From an uncultured Pseudoalteromonas sp. (GTDB taxonomy: Bacteria > Pseudomonadota > Gammaproteobacteria > Enterobacterales > Alteromonadaceae), in assembly GCA_965198975.1 (NCBI GenBank), contig OZ240679.1:1052713-1116712 (forward strand): a stretch of DNA of 64,000 nucleotides, in the 5' to 3' direction. Numbering within the stretch: position 1 is the first letter of the stretch; each line of letters starts with the position of its first letter. Both the position numbers and the translations under genes were made by a program. This document shows positions 36,073-45,018 of the stretch, piece after piece. Below the pieces are notes generated by a model. That model saw only the letters and a list, made by a program, of their open reading frames with translations. It did no database searches and had not been told where the DNA came from.

Positions 36073-36138
36073 AAGATCACTTAAAAGTTATTATTTGTTA
36101 GCCTTATATAGCCAGTACTTTTGTGATCTTTTTTATTT
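36073..36138 (+). terminator. Long interrupted hairpin followed by a T-run
   Basis: GATCAC..AAAAGT (36075..) pairs with ACTTTTGTGATC (36117..36128), followed by TTTTTTATTTT. The loop is ~28 nt, so this is only terminator-like. Confidence 0.35.
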
Positions 36139-36263
36139 TCGTCCAGTTATTTATTCCTGTGTGATCGACATAAAAATACAATATTCTTTTGTATTCAGTT
36201 TCTATTAAGTTTATATCTTGTATATTAGAGCCATACGATAATGTGTTCTCTGGAGATAATACG

Positions 36264-36755
36264 ATGAAAGTCATAAATAAAATTGCATTTACAATTTTGT
36301 TCTCTATGCCTCTACTGGCAAGTGCAGGTGAAGCCAAAATTACTTGGGATGATTTTAATAATTATACCGATGTCAGACCAGGGAATAATGGTGCCAGAGG
36401 GGTTTTCCATAAACATGTGGCAAAGGCTTTTGAAAAGCATTTTGATAAATTAGCGAAGCAATTACCTGAAGGCTATAAGTTAGGGGTTAAAGTTGATGCT
36501 CTTGATTTAGCTGGCGATACACGTATGAGTGGTGTTAATGATTACCGTATTATTAAGCCTATTTACTTTCCAAAAATCGATTTTAGTTATGTTGTGACAG
36601 ATAAAGCAGGGCGTTTGATCACTAAAGGTGATGCTAAGCTTAAAGATATGGGATTTATGGATAAAATAAAAATAGGTCGCGACGATGAGTTTTCTTACGA
36701 TAAAAGGTTAATAACAGACTGGTTTAGAAAAGATCTACTTAAAAAAATAACTTAA
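36264..36755 (+). CDS. DUF3016-like periplasmic protein
   Basis: ATG at 36264 with GGAGA RBS. Signal peptide MKVINKIAFTILFSMPLLASA. KITWDDFNNYTDVRPG... resembles the DUF3016 N-terminal motif; this is from memory and was not searched. Confidence 0.55.
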   Translation: MKVINKIAFTILFSMPLLASAGEAKITWDDFNNYTDVRPGNNGARGVFHKHVAKAFEKHFDKLAKQLPEGYKLGVKVDALDLAGDTRMSGVNDYRIIKPIYFPKIDFSYVVTDKAGRLITKGDAKLKDMGFMDKIKIGRDDEFSYDKRLITDWFRKDLLKKIT

Positions 36756-36785
36756 TTGCAATTTAAAACTGTGAGCGCGTTAACT

Positions 36786-37100
36786 TCATAATAGTGACGC
36801 TATCTTATTATATAGCTTTGTAGCTTGTTGCTGATTTAGGTTTCCCGACGAACGAGCTTGCCCTATGCTGCTGCTCACTCGAACAACTTCATTGGCTATT
36901 TTTTCAATATCTCGTGATGCTTCAATGGCGGTTTCTTTTTGTTGTTGCTCTAGCCCCAAACGAGAAATATTTACTATATCATTAGCAAACTCACCAAATC
37001 TTGATTGTGATTTAGTGTCTGCGGTATTTTGATTTATCACTTTACTACTGGTGGCTCGCTGTATGTCGCTACCCGCAGTGAGTGGGTTAGATATAGACAT
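36786..37100 (-). CDS. Hypothetical small protein (104 aa)
   Basis: ATG at 37100 directly preceded by AGGAG (the track start is an upstream TTG). Ser/Gln-rich, with no recognised family. Confidence 0.45.
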   Translation of the reverse strand: MSISNPLTAGSDIQRATSSKVINQNTADTKSQSRFGEFANDIVNISRLGLEQQQKETAIEASRDIEKIANEVVRVSSSIGQARSSGNLNQQQATKLYNKIASLL

Positions 37101-37172
37101 AATACTCCTCAAAATTAAGTATAGCTCAATTTTGAGGTTTGATTAATAAATATACAGTCGGCGGAAGGTAGC

Positions 37173-37571
37173 TTATTTATTTTTGAATGTTGCTAACAGC
37201 TGGTGGATTTGCTGTAGCTTCAAAACGACGTTTTTTAGTTGAGTTTCATCAAGCAATTCATTTTTGCTCAAGGCTTCCACATCTGCTGCAACATCAAGTA
37301 CATAAGGTTTAAAACGCTTAGCTTCAAAATTAAAAGCCGACTCTTTGGTAAAGAGTGCGCTGAATTTACCGTGCCCTTGTTTTTGCAATTGATCTAGCTG
37401 GATATCGGCATCTAAGGCCTGGCGATAAACTAATTTTAAGTTGTTATTTAACTCTTCAATAACTGAATTCATTTTATCTCTAAAGTTTTTTTCATCTTGG
37501 TCGCTATAATACTCGTTCAACTCTAAAAAGTCAGCGATTATGAATATTTCAGGTAATAGTTTAGCACCCAT
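37173..37571 (-). CDS. Hypothetical protein (132 aa, helical/coiled-coil-like)
   Basis: ORF only. Its first 32 nt overlap the divergent YjfB-like ORF. An internal TTG at 37520 would remove the overlap. Confidence 0.35.
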   Translation of the reverse strand: MGAKLLPEIFIIADFLELNEYYSDQDEKNFRDKMNSVIEELNNNLKLVYRQALDADIQLDQLQKQGHGKFSALFTKESAFNFEAKRFKPYVLDVAADVEALSKNELLDETQLKNVVLKLQQIHQLLATFKNK

Positions 37572-37749
37572 TGATACGTCAGAAGGGGCACAAAGTTACA
37601 CTGCGGCACTTTCTAAGTCTCAGCAAAAACTTGAAGGCCAGGCTGCATTAGCCCTGATCCAGGCTGCAAGTACAGTGACGCCAGCGGCTAACTCAACTTC
37701 ACCATTATCATCACCAAATTTAGGTGCGCATATAGATGTGTGGGTTTAA
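37540..37749 (+). CDS. YjfB-like putative motility protein family member (69 aa)
   Basis: The central LSKSQQKLEGQAALALIQAA and the C-terminal SPNLGAHIDVWV resemble the YjfB pattern (..LKKAMD.Q....LL.. then ..P.LG..ID(V/I)..). This is a recollection of the family pattern, not a search. Confidence 0.5.
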   Translation: MNISGNSLAPIDTSEGAQSYTAALSKSQQKLEGQAALALIQAASTVTPAANSTSPLSSPNLGAHIDVWV

Positions 37750-38786
37750 TTAATTGAACATATTGGTAAACTTATTGGTGAATTTAAATCTATAGGCGTT
37801 TTACTTTTTTCACCTCCAATTTCCCTTACCAGTTTAGGGACTAAAAACCCTGGTAATTCAGCAAGTAAGTCTTGCATTAACGTAACCCCTTTTTCTTCTG
37901 AAACGTCAAAATGTGATGCGCCTTCTACTTTATCTAATAAATGTAAGTAATAAGGAAGTATGCCGACAGAGAATAAAGACTCGCTTAGTTCTATAAGACT
38001 CTGACTATGATCATTAATTTTATTTAATAATACAGCTTGATTGAGCAAGGTGACGCCTGCAGCGGTTAAGTTTTGTAAATAGTCAGCCAGTTCCTGATTT
38101 ATTTCATTGGCGTGATTTATATGTGTTACCAGAATAATATTAAGTGGTGATGCTTTAAATCGATTACATAAATCAACTGTAATTCTACTGGGGATCACTA
38201 TCGGTAACCTGGTATGGATCCTTAATCGCGTAATGTGAGGAATTTTTTCAAGTTCAGTCATAAACCAGTCTATCGCCTCATCTTTTGCCATTAAAGGGTC
38301 GCCTCCGCTTAAAATCACTTCATTGATATTTTTATCATTTAAAATATATTCAAGAGAGGTTTTTAGCGCAGGCTTGTTTAAATGATTATCCTGATAGGGA
38401 AAATGCCTGCGAAAGCAATAGCGGCAATTTATTGCACAGCCCGTTTTAAAAATAATTAAAACGCGAGACTTATATTTGTGTAATAAACCTGGCGTATCAT
38501 TATTTTGTTCGTGTAATGGATCTTGATTAAACCCTGATTTAGCTAAAAATTCTTGTCTAAGTGGTAAGACCTGAAGTAATAAAGGATCTTCAGAGTCACC
38601 ATATTGCATTTTTTTTATAAAAGGCAGGGGAACTCTCATCGCAAATAACCGTCTTGCAGCTATATCTTCAGAAAAATTTTTAATGTCCAAACCAAGCATA
38701 TTTAATAGCTTTTCGGGCTCAGTAATTGCCGAAGATAATTCTTTTTGCCAGTTAGTCTGCAAATTTGCTTCATTTCTTTGTATCAT
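37746..38786 (-). CDS. epmB: EF-P beta-lysylation protein EpmB (lysine 2,3-aminomutase-like radical SAM)
   Basis: CAINCRYCFRRHFPY radical-SAM cluster, SGGDPLMAKD, RLRIHTRLPIVIP and YYLHLLDKVEGASHF are colinear with E. coli YjeK. Start set at the ATG at 38786 (MIQRNEA..) so it does not overlap efp. Confidence 0.9.
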   Translation of the reverse strand: MIQRNEANLQTNWQKELSSAITEPEKLLNMLGLDIKNFSEDIAARRLFAMRVPLPFIKKMQYGDSEDPLLLQVLPLRQEFLAKSGFNQDPLHEQNNDTPGLLHKYKSRVLIIFKTGCAINCRYCFRRHFPYQDNHLNKPALKTSLEYILNDKNINEVILSGGDPLMAKDEAIDWFMTELEKIPHITRLRIHTRLPIVIPSRITVDLCNRFKASPLNIILVTHINHANEINQELADYLQNLTAAGVTLLNQAVLLNKINDHSQSLIELSESLFSVGILPYYLHLLDKVEGASHFDVSEEKGVTLMQDLLAELPGFLVPKLVREIGGEKSKTPIDLNSPISLPICSIN

Positions 38787-38825
38787 AGGGGAATAAATTA
38801 CTCGAATTAATAAATAGAGGGCACG

Positions 38826-39392
38826 ATGGCTAATTTTAGCACGAATGAATTCAAAGCTGGCCTTAAGATAATGCTTGATGGCGAACCTTGCAACATTCTT
38901 GAGAACGAAATGGTAAAACCAGGTAAAGGACAAGCCTTTAACCGTGTAAAAATACGCAAACTAATATCTGGTAAAGTGCTGGAGAAAACCTTCAAATCAG
39001 GAGAGTCGGTTGAAGGTGCTGATGTGATGGATACTGAACTAGCCTATTTATATACTGATGGTGAGTTTTGGCATTTTATGAATAACGATACTTTTGAGCA
39101 AATTGCTGCTGATGAAAAAGCAGTTGGTGAAACTGTAAAGTGGTTAGTAGAGAATGACGTATGTACTATTACCTTATTTAATGGTGCACCTATTGCTGTT
39201 TCAGCGCCTAATTTTGTTGAATTAGAGATCACTGAAACTGATCCAGGCCTAAAAGGTGATACGGCTGGTACGGGTGGTAAGCCTGCGACATTAAGCACAG
39301 GTGCCGTAGTACGTGTGCCATTGTTTGTACAACTTGGTGAAGTTATCCGTGTTGATACCCGAAGTTCTGAATATGTAAGCCGTGTTAAATAA
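38826..39392 (+). CDS. efp: Elongation factor P
   Basis: 188 aa. The KPGKGQAF loop carries the modified Lys. Colinear with E. coli EF-P throughout. Confidence 0.95.
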   Translation: MANFSTNEFKAGLKIMLDGEPCNILENEMVKPGKGQAFNRVKIRKLISGKVLEKTFKSGESVEGADVMDTELAYLYTDGEFWHFMNNDTFEQIAADEKAVGETVKWLVENDVCTITLFNGAPIAVSAPNFVELEITETDPGLKGDTAGTGGKPATLSTGAVVRVPLFVQLGEVIRVDTRSSEYVSRVK

Positions 39393-39420
39393 TCAATAAC
39401 GCTAATTTAAGACTTTAATG

Positions 39421-39445
39421 ATCCCGACACATGTCGGGATTTTTA
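39421..39445 (+). terminator. Hairpin plus T-run between efp and epmA
   Basis: ATCCCGAC, loop ACAT, GTCGGGAT, then TTTT; 19 nt before the epmA ATG. Confidence 0.6.
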
Positions 39446-39463
39446 ATATTCAGGAATTAAAAA

Positions 39464-40438
39464 ATGAATACTCATTGTTGGCAACCAAGTGCAGATATTG
39501 CAAGCTTAAAACAACGTGGTGCATTGATAAGGAAAATTCGTGATTTTTTTTATCAAAGAGATGTTTTAGAAGTTGAAACGCCAAACTTATCACAAGCAAG
39601 TGTATCTGATATGCACCTTGCCAGCTTTTCTACTCAGTTTATTGGTCCGGGATACGGCCAGGGATTGCCACTTTATTTACAAACATCGCCAGAATATGCC
39701 ATGAAAAGGCTATTAGCTGCGGGCAGTGGGGCTATTTTTCAGATTGCTAAGGCATTTAGAAATGAAGAGTCCGGTCGTTATCATAATCCTGAATTTACTA
39801 TGCTTGAGTGGTATCGCCCTGGTTTTACACATTTTGAATTAATGGACGAAATTGATGAGTTAATGCAGCTAATTTTAAATTGTGCGCCAGCAAATAAATT
39901 AACTTATCAAATGGCCTTTCAGCAAGTTTTAGGGTTAGATCCGCTAACTGCAACTTTAGCTGATTTAAAACAACTGTGTAACAAGCATGGTTTTGAGCAT
40001 ATAGCCCAATATGAGCAAGATCCAGATACATTATTACAATTGTTATTTAGTATGAAAGTAGAACCTGAAATAGGCCAGAATGAACCTTGTTTTATATATG
40101 ATTTTCCAGCCTCTCAAGCTGCTTTAGCTAAAATAAGTGACATTGATAATAAGGTTGCGCTGCGATTTGAGCTTTATTATAAAAATATGGAGCTTGCAAA
40201 TGGGTTTAATGAATTAACTGATGCCTCTGAACAAAAATTACGTTTTAATAAAGATAATGAAAAACGACATGCGCTGGGTCTACCTCAGGTAAGTATAGAT
40301 GAAAACTTTATTGCAGCGATAGAAAGTGGACTGCCTGCCTGTTCAGGTGTGGCTTTAGGTATAGACAGGCTTATGATGCTGGCACTTGATAAAAACAATA
40401 TTCAGGATGTTTTAAGCTTTGATGTATCGCGTTGTTAG
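39464..40438 (+). CDS. epmA: EF-P-lysine lysyltransferase EpmA (PoxA/GenX, class II LysRS paralogue)
   Basis: WQPSA..., [51 protein letters not shown] and [16 protein letters not shown] are colinear with E. coli EpmA. Confidence 0.9.
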   Translation: MNTHCWQPSADIASLKQRGALIRKIRDFFYQRDVLEVETPNLSQASVSDMHLASFSTQFIGPGYGQGLPLYLQTSPEYAMKRLLAAGSGAIFQIAKAFRNEESGRYHNPEFTMLEWYRPGFTHFELMDEIDELMQLILNCAPANKLTYQMAFQQVLGLDPLTATLADLKQLCNKHGFEHIAQYEQDPDTLLQLLFSMKVEPEIGQNEPCFIYDFPASQAALAKISDIDNKVALRFELYYKNMELANGFNELTDASEQKLRFNKDNEKRHALGLPQVSIDENFIAAIESGLPACSGVALGIDRLMMLALDKNNIQDVLSFDVSRC

Positions 40439-40470
40439 ATAATCTTAGAGAGCGATTCGTTTCAAATGAT

Positions 40471-41175
40471 TTATTTTTTTAATATTTGCTGTAATGCGAC
40501 TTTAGTATTTGCTGGATAATTAGTAAAAATTCCGTCAATGCCAATGTGTTGCATTTCTTCAATATCTTGAAACTTATCTACTGTATACGCGTAAATTTTT
40601 AGACCTCTAAGATGTGCATCCTTAACAAAATCACGGTTCACAAAGCTTTTATCAACATGAACACTATACGCATTTAATTGACTGGCAAACTTGGCATAAT
40701 CTAAAGGAATACTGGCTGTTAGCGCGCCAATTTTTAACCAGGGGAAATAGTGTTTTATCCACTTTAGTTGATGGTGATCAAAAGAGGAAACTAATAGGTT
40801 ATGTTCACTTATTATTCCTTTCGCTAAATTACTTTCTAACAATTTAGCAAAGTCAGATAGATTTTTTGTGTTTTTTAATTCAAGATTGATAATTGTTTTA
40901 TCGTTAACCCAAGTTAAAAGTTGCTGCAAACTTGGGACGTATTCACCGTTTCCGGCATCTAATAACTGAATTTCAGATAAAGGAAAGTTGCTTACTTTAC
41001 CTTGCCCTGTTGTTGTTCGGTCAAGCCAGACATCATGAATAATCGCATAATCATCTGAGGTGCTTTGCACATCCACTTCAATGCCATCAACGCCAATCTC
41101 AATCGCTGCTTTTATTGCACTGTGTGTATTTTCAGGATAGGTGCCACTGGCACCTCTATGGGCGAATATTTTCAT
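40471..41175 (-). CDS. Glycerophosphodiester phosphodiesterase family protein
   Basis: N-terminal FAHRGASGTYPENT and GIEVDVQ motifs of the GDPD family. Its start overlaps the upstream DMT gene stop (ATGA). Confidence 0.8.
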   Translation of the reverse strand: MKIFAHRGASGTYPENTHSAIKAAIEIGVDGIEVDVQSTSDDYAIIHDVWLDRTTTGQGKVSNFPLSEIQLLDAGNGEYVPSLQQLLTWVNDKTIINLELKNTKNLSDFAKLLESNLAKGIISEHNLLVSSFDHHQLKWIKHYFPWLKIGALTASIPLDYAKFASQLNAYSVHVDKSFVNRDFVKDAHLRGLKIYAYTVDKFQDIEEMQHIGIDGIFTNYPANTKVALQQILKK

Positions 41176-42035
41176 TTTCGACTCTTACTAATAGACCAGG
41201 TTTCAAAAAATGCTGTGCTGATCACTAAGGCTCCACCTAATAATGTTAAAGGTTCAGGTCTTTCATTTAATAATATAACAGCAAAAATACAACCATACAA
41301 AGGTTGTAAGCAAGCAATTAAACCAGCAGTTGTAGCAGATAACTTTTGCAAACTCGCTGCAAACAGCGAATGGGGGACTGCCGTGAATACAATAGCGACC
41401 AGTAAAATTAGTAGCCAGTCAGAGTGTGAAACTTGAGTTGGTGGAACTTCGACAAATAAGCAGAACATTAAGCAAGCAACTAATGTTTGATACAACATAG
41501 TATGAGGGCCTGAATATTGAGAGAATTTCTTTTTATGTAAAATATTTCGTAATGCGAAAAAAAGGGCCGATATTACCCCGGTTATAATTCCAAGCGTAAT
41601 ATCATTACCTAAATTTGCTTCTGGCACTAATAAATATATGCCTAAAGTAACAAGTAAAGCGCTTACCATGTCTTTTGCTTTTGGTTTGGTTTTATAAAAT
41701 AAAGGTTCCAAAAAAACTGTGAGTACAGGATAAGTGAAAAAAGCGATGATACCCACAGTCACGCCAGCCATTTGCATCCCGGCAAAATAAGTGAACCAGT
41801 GCATACCCACAAGTACTCCCAATAAAACTGCAATACCATAATCTTTATAGTTATTTAATTTTATAGGTGATTTTTTGATGAATAATAAAATTAAGAGGGC
41901 TAAGGCAGCCCAGGCAGTGCGATATACGGTGATATCTAAAGCGGGTAGGCCAATAAGCTTAGAAAATAATGCTGTACCACCAAATAAAAGTACTGCCAAA
42001 TGTAAGTAAATTAAGCTCTGCTGTTGTGATTGCAT
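41172..42035 (-). CDS. DMT-superfamily (EamA-like) transporter
   Basis: 287 aa with ~10 hydrophobic helices and a two-fold EamA-like organisation. Confidence 0.7.
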   Translation of the reverse strand: MQSQQQSLIYLHLAVLLFGGTALFSKLIGLPALDITVYRTAWAALALLILLFIKKSPIKLNNYKDYGIAVLLGVLVGMHWFTYFAGMQMAGVTVGIIAFFTYPVLTVFLEPLFYKTKPKAKDMVSALLVTLGIYLLVPEANLGNDITLGIITGVISALFFALRNILHKKKFSQYSGPHTMLYQTLVACLMFCLFVEVPPTQVSHSDWLLILLVAIVFTAVPHSLFAASLQKLSATTAGLIACLQPLYGCIFAVILLNERPEPLTLLGGALVISTAFFETWSISKSRK

Positions 42036-42336
42036 AAAATATTCTGAAAATGTTTTTTACAATAATATCACTAGTTATACCATTTGTATTAAATTAGTGA
42101 TCAAATATCAGTGAGGATAAATTTTCTACAACAAGGCGTTTGATTGAGCAATAGCAGGCTATTGGGATTGAAAACAACGCAGTTTTAGTGAAATTTAGGC
42201 CATTGAGAATGATCACATATTTGGTGTAATTGGTATTAAACTAAAGATATGTTGAAAAATACTCTATCAGTGTTTTATTAATTAAAATGAAGATTATAAA
42301 TGATACAAAGCAGGAGTTAACTTAGAAAATGGAAAG

Positions 42337-42412
42337 TGGTGGAGCTAAGCAGGATCGAACTGCTGACCTCCTGCGTGCAAGGCAGGCGCTCTCCCAGCTG
42401 AGCTATAGCCCC
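42337..42412 (-). tRNA. tRNA-Ala (anticodon UGC), with CCA encoded
   Basis: The reverse complement reads GGGGCTATAGCTCAGCTGGGAGAGCGCCTGCCTTGCACGCAGGAGGTCAGCAGTTCGATCCTGCTTAGCTCCACCA. It has the G3:U70 identity pair, anticodon loop CTTGCAC and a T-loop GTTCGATCC. Confidence 0.95.
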
Positions 42413-42449
42413 ACATTCCATCGTCCTGAATGATCTCAAGACGCTGCGA

Positions 42450-42478
42450 ACTTTAAGTTTTTTTTGTACTAGCGTCAA
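42450..42478 (-). promoter_or_regulatory. Putative sigma70 promoter of the tRNA-Ala gene
   Basis: Minus strand reads TTGACG (42478..42473), 17 nt, TAAAGT (42455..42450), then a GC-rich discriminator (TCGCAGCG). It lies ~35 nt upstream of the tRNA 5' end. Confidence 0.5.
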
Positions 42479-42617
42479 GTTGTTTTTTAATAAACCTACA
42501 ACGTGTTCAAAATGACTCAACTGGAGTAGAATCAATGCAGCTTAATGGCATTATTAAAATTTGAACATTCAGTATTTAGCTATAGTGTTTAAATTTATAT
42601 TTGATAAAGGAAGTATT

Positions 42618-43010
42618 ATGGGTAAGTTTTTTATTATGTTGTGTGTGGTTTTGTTATCAGCGTGTGTAAGTAAAAATACGGGACCAAGTTACGAAATACA
42701 AAATCAAAAATTTGCATCTAAAGCTGCTGATAATGGTGATGCTCTGTTTTCCTTTATTGTATCTGTTAAGCCGATGCGCCAACCTAATTTAAAGGCAAAT
42801 AAAAAAATGACATCGAGTCAATATAGAAAAATGATTGAAACAGAATATTTTTCTGATTCAGGAAAATTAAAATTAGAACTCGAAGACAAAGCAGCTGAAA
42901 TGTTAAAGCAAGAACTTAAACAGCGTGCTTATTGCGAAGAAGGTTACACAGTAGATGATGTATTGTGGCGGGATTATAGTGTCAGATTAAGTGGTAAATG
43001 CTTAAAGTAA
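42618..43010 (+). CDS. Hypothetical lipoprotein
   Basis: ATG at 42618 with AAGGA RBS. MGKFFIMLCVVLLSAC lipobox. Confidence 0.5.
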   Translation: MGKFFIMLCVVLLSACVSKNTGPSYEIQNQKFASKAADNGDALFSFIVSVKPMRQPNLKANKKMTSSQYRKMIETEYFSDSGKLKLELEDKAAEMLKQELKQRAYCEEGYTVDDVLWRDYSVRLSGKCLK

Positions 43011-43109
43011 GTAAACTGAGCATATTTAATTTTTACATATTTACCACTTTTAATTTATCTTAAGGATAATTAAAATAAGGTATATCCTTTATTTAAAGAG
43101 CATTGAGTT

Positions 43110-43649
43110 ATGGGTTCTCTACAAGATCAATTATTAAAATCTGGATTAACGTCAGAGCATAAAATGAAAGTGGCAAAAACCACTAAACGTAAACAACAGA
43201 AAAAGCAAAAAAAAGGGGCCAGTAGTAATCCATCTGACTTGCAAAAGCATATTGAAAAAAATAAAGCTGAACAAAAACTTAAAGCTGAAAAGCTGAATCA
43301 GGCAACACTTGCAGAACAGAAACAAAAAGAACAAGTTGCCAGAGTAAAGCAAATTTTAGAGCATCATAACCAGTCTGAAATCAAAGGTGATCTGACCTTT
43401 AACTTTAGTTATCAAAATAAAATTAAAGAATTAGATGTCAATGAAAATACCCAGAAAGCTTTATCAAAAGGGCGTTTGGCAATATGTGTATTAGAAGGTA
43501 TTTTTTATGTATTAGACGACGAACCTGCTAGAAAAATAGCAGAAGTTGATGAAAAATACATAGTGTTACATGCGTTACCAGAAGTGAAAGAAAAAGATCT
43601 TGATGATCCCTATGCTGATTTTGAAATACCAGATGATCTCAATTGGTAA
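43110..43649 (+). CDS. DUF2058 (YaiL-like) protein
   Basis: N-terminal SLQDQLLKSGL followed by a Lys-rich segment, and an acidic C-terminus with DDPYADFEIPDDLNW, as in E. coli YaiL. Confidence 0.65.
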   Translation: MGSLQDQLLKSGLTSEHKMKVAKTTKRKQQKKQKKGASSNPSDLQKHIEKNKAEQKLKAEKLNQATLAEQKQKEQVARVKQILEHHNQSEIKGDLTFNFSYQNKIKELDVNENTQKALSKGRLAICVLEGIFYVLDDEPARKIAEVDEKYIVLHALPEVKEKDLDDPYADFEIPDDLNW

Positions 43650-43736
43650 ATTTTTGTCACTGTTTTTTATTTGAGCATTGCCGACCATAGTTGTTTTGGT
43701 CTACACTAATAATCCGTCAAAAATAATTATAAGTGA

Positions 43737-44072
43737 ATGAGAAATAAAATGAAAAAAACGATAAAAGTACTCACTGGCTTGTCTTTCTCTGTTGCAAGTT
43801 TATTTTCCTTAACTGTATCGGCTGCCGATGGTGCCGCACTTTATACGGCGAAATTCTGTCAAACATGTCATGGTGCAGAAGGTAAAGCGCCAATTATGCC
43901 TTTGTATCCCAAAATTGCTGGGCAAAATAAAGAATATCTATCAGCTCAAATGAAAGATATTAAATCAGGCAAACGCGCAAATGGTATGTCTGGTGCCATG
44001 AAAGCTATGGTTGCCACTGTTTCTGATGCTGAAATAGATGCCATTGCTGAATATTTATCAAAGGTTAAATGA
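43737..44072 (+). CDS. Class I c-type cytochrome (monohaem, periplasmic)
   Basis: Signal peptide, a single CQTCHG haem-binding motif and a distal Met region (MSGAMKAM). An alternative start lies at 43749. Confidence 0.8.
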   Translation: MRNKMKKTIKVLTGLSFSVASLFSLTVSAADGAALYTAKFCQTCHGAEGKAPIMPLYPKIAGQNKEYLSAQMKDIKSGKRANGMSGAMKAMVATVSDAEIDAIAEYLSKVK

Positions 44073-44082
44073 TTTTACATTT

Positions 44083-44116
44083 AAAAGCCGCTGAAAAGCG
44101 GCTTTTTGTTTTTTGT
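44083..44116 (+). terminator. Rho-independent terminator after the cytochrome c gene
   Basis: AAAAGCCGCT, loop GAAA, AGCGGCTTTT, followed by TGTTTTTT. Confidence 0.8.
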
Positions 44117-44231
44117 AGTTTAACAGACTTTAATTGTATCAATTCTATCGATTTACCTTCTTTTCCTGGTTGAAACTGTTGATATCTTAATTTAGACTTC
44201 TAAACATCCGCCTATTTAAGTATAAAAATAT

Positions 44232-44999
44232 ATGCTTACACTTCCTAAAATTGATTTGAAAGACAAAGTATCTGAACAAGAATGGCAATTAAGAGTTGAT
44301 TTAGCTGCATGTTATCGGTTAGTTGAGGACTTAGGTTGGGGTGATCTGATCTATACGCATATCTCAGTTTGCTTGCCTAATTCGGAGCATTATCTGGTGA
44401 ATGCTTTTGGCCTCAGTTTTGATGAAGTGACAGCGTCAAATTTAGTCAAAGTAGATCTTGATGGAAATGTCATAGATGACAGTCCTTTTGAAATAAATCC
44501 GGCTGGTTTTACAATTCACAGTGCTGTTCATGAAGCCAGAGACGACGCTCATTGCGTTATTCACTTGCATACTAATGAAACAATCGCTGTTGCATCAACC
44601 AAATGCGGCTTATTGCCATTAAGTCAGTATTCCATGTTTTCATTATCTTCTCTTGGCTATCATGAATATGAAGGATTAGCTGTAGATGCCGATGAAAAAA
44701 TTCGTCTGCAACAAGATTTGGCTGATAATAAGCATTTATTGTTAGTTAATCATGGTGCTTTAACATTAGGCCCGACAATCGGTGATGCCTTTATGAGTAT
44801 GTATGACTTGCAAAGGGCGTGTGAAATTCAACTTAAAATTCAGGCATCCGGACAGGAATATACACAAGTACCTCAACCTATTTTAGATAATATTTTTAAA
44901 CAGGCTAAGGTTGTACATAGTGGTACTACGGGAGGCCAAAAGTCCTGGCCCGCCATGTTACGTAAGGCTTACAGGTTAGACCCCAATTTTGCTCAATAA
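44232..44999 (+). CDS. Class II aldolase/adducin-family protein
   Basis: 255 aa. His-ligand context GFTIHSAVHEA and CVIHLHT is typical of the FucA/AraD/adducin-head fold. Confidence 0.7.
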   Translation: MLTLPKIDLKDKVSEQEWQLRVDLAACYRLVEDLGWGDLIYTHISVCLPNSEHYLVNAFGLSFDEVTASNLVKVDLDGNVIDDSPFEINPAGFTIHSAVHEARDDAHCVIHLHTNETIAVASTKCGLLPLSQYSMFSLSSLGYHEYEGLAVDADEKIRLQQDLADNKHLLLVNHGALTLGPTIGDAFMSMYDLQRACEIQLKIQASGQEYTQVPQPILDNIFKQAKVVHSGTTGGQKSWPAMLRKAYRLDPNFAQ

Positions 45000-45018
45000 T
45001 TAATAGTTAGGAATTATA

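Noticed and set aside
38787-38995. Extended N-terminus of epmB (track start 38933) and the 62-aa ORF at 38807..38995 overlapping efp
   Set aside because: The extension has no similarity to EpmB, overlaps the efp start, and translates as low-quality sequence. The conserved EpmB alignment starts near the ATG at 38786.
42317-42535. 72-aa ORF on the minus strand
   Set aside because: It is the translation of the tRNA-Ala gene and its promoter region (..GAIAQLGERLPCTQEV..), not a protein gene.
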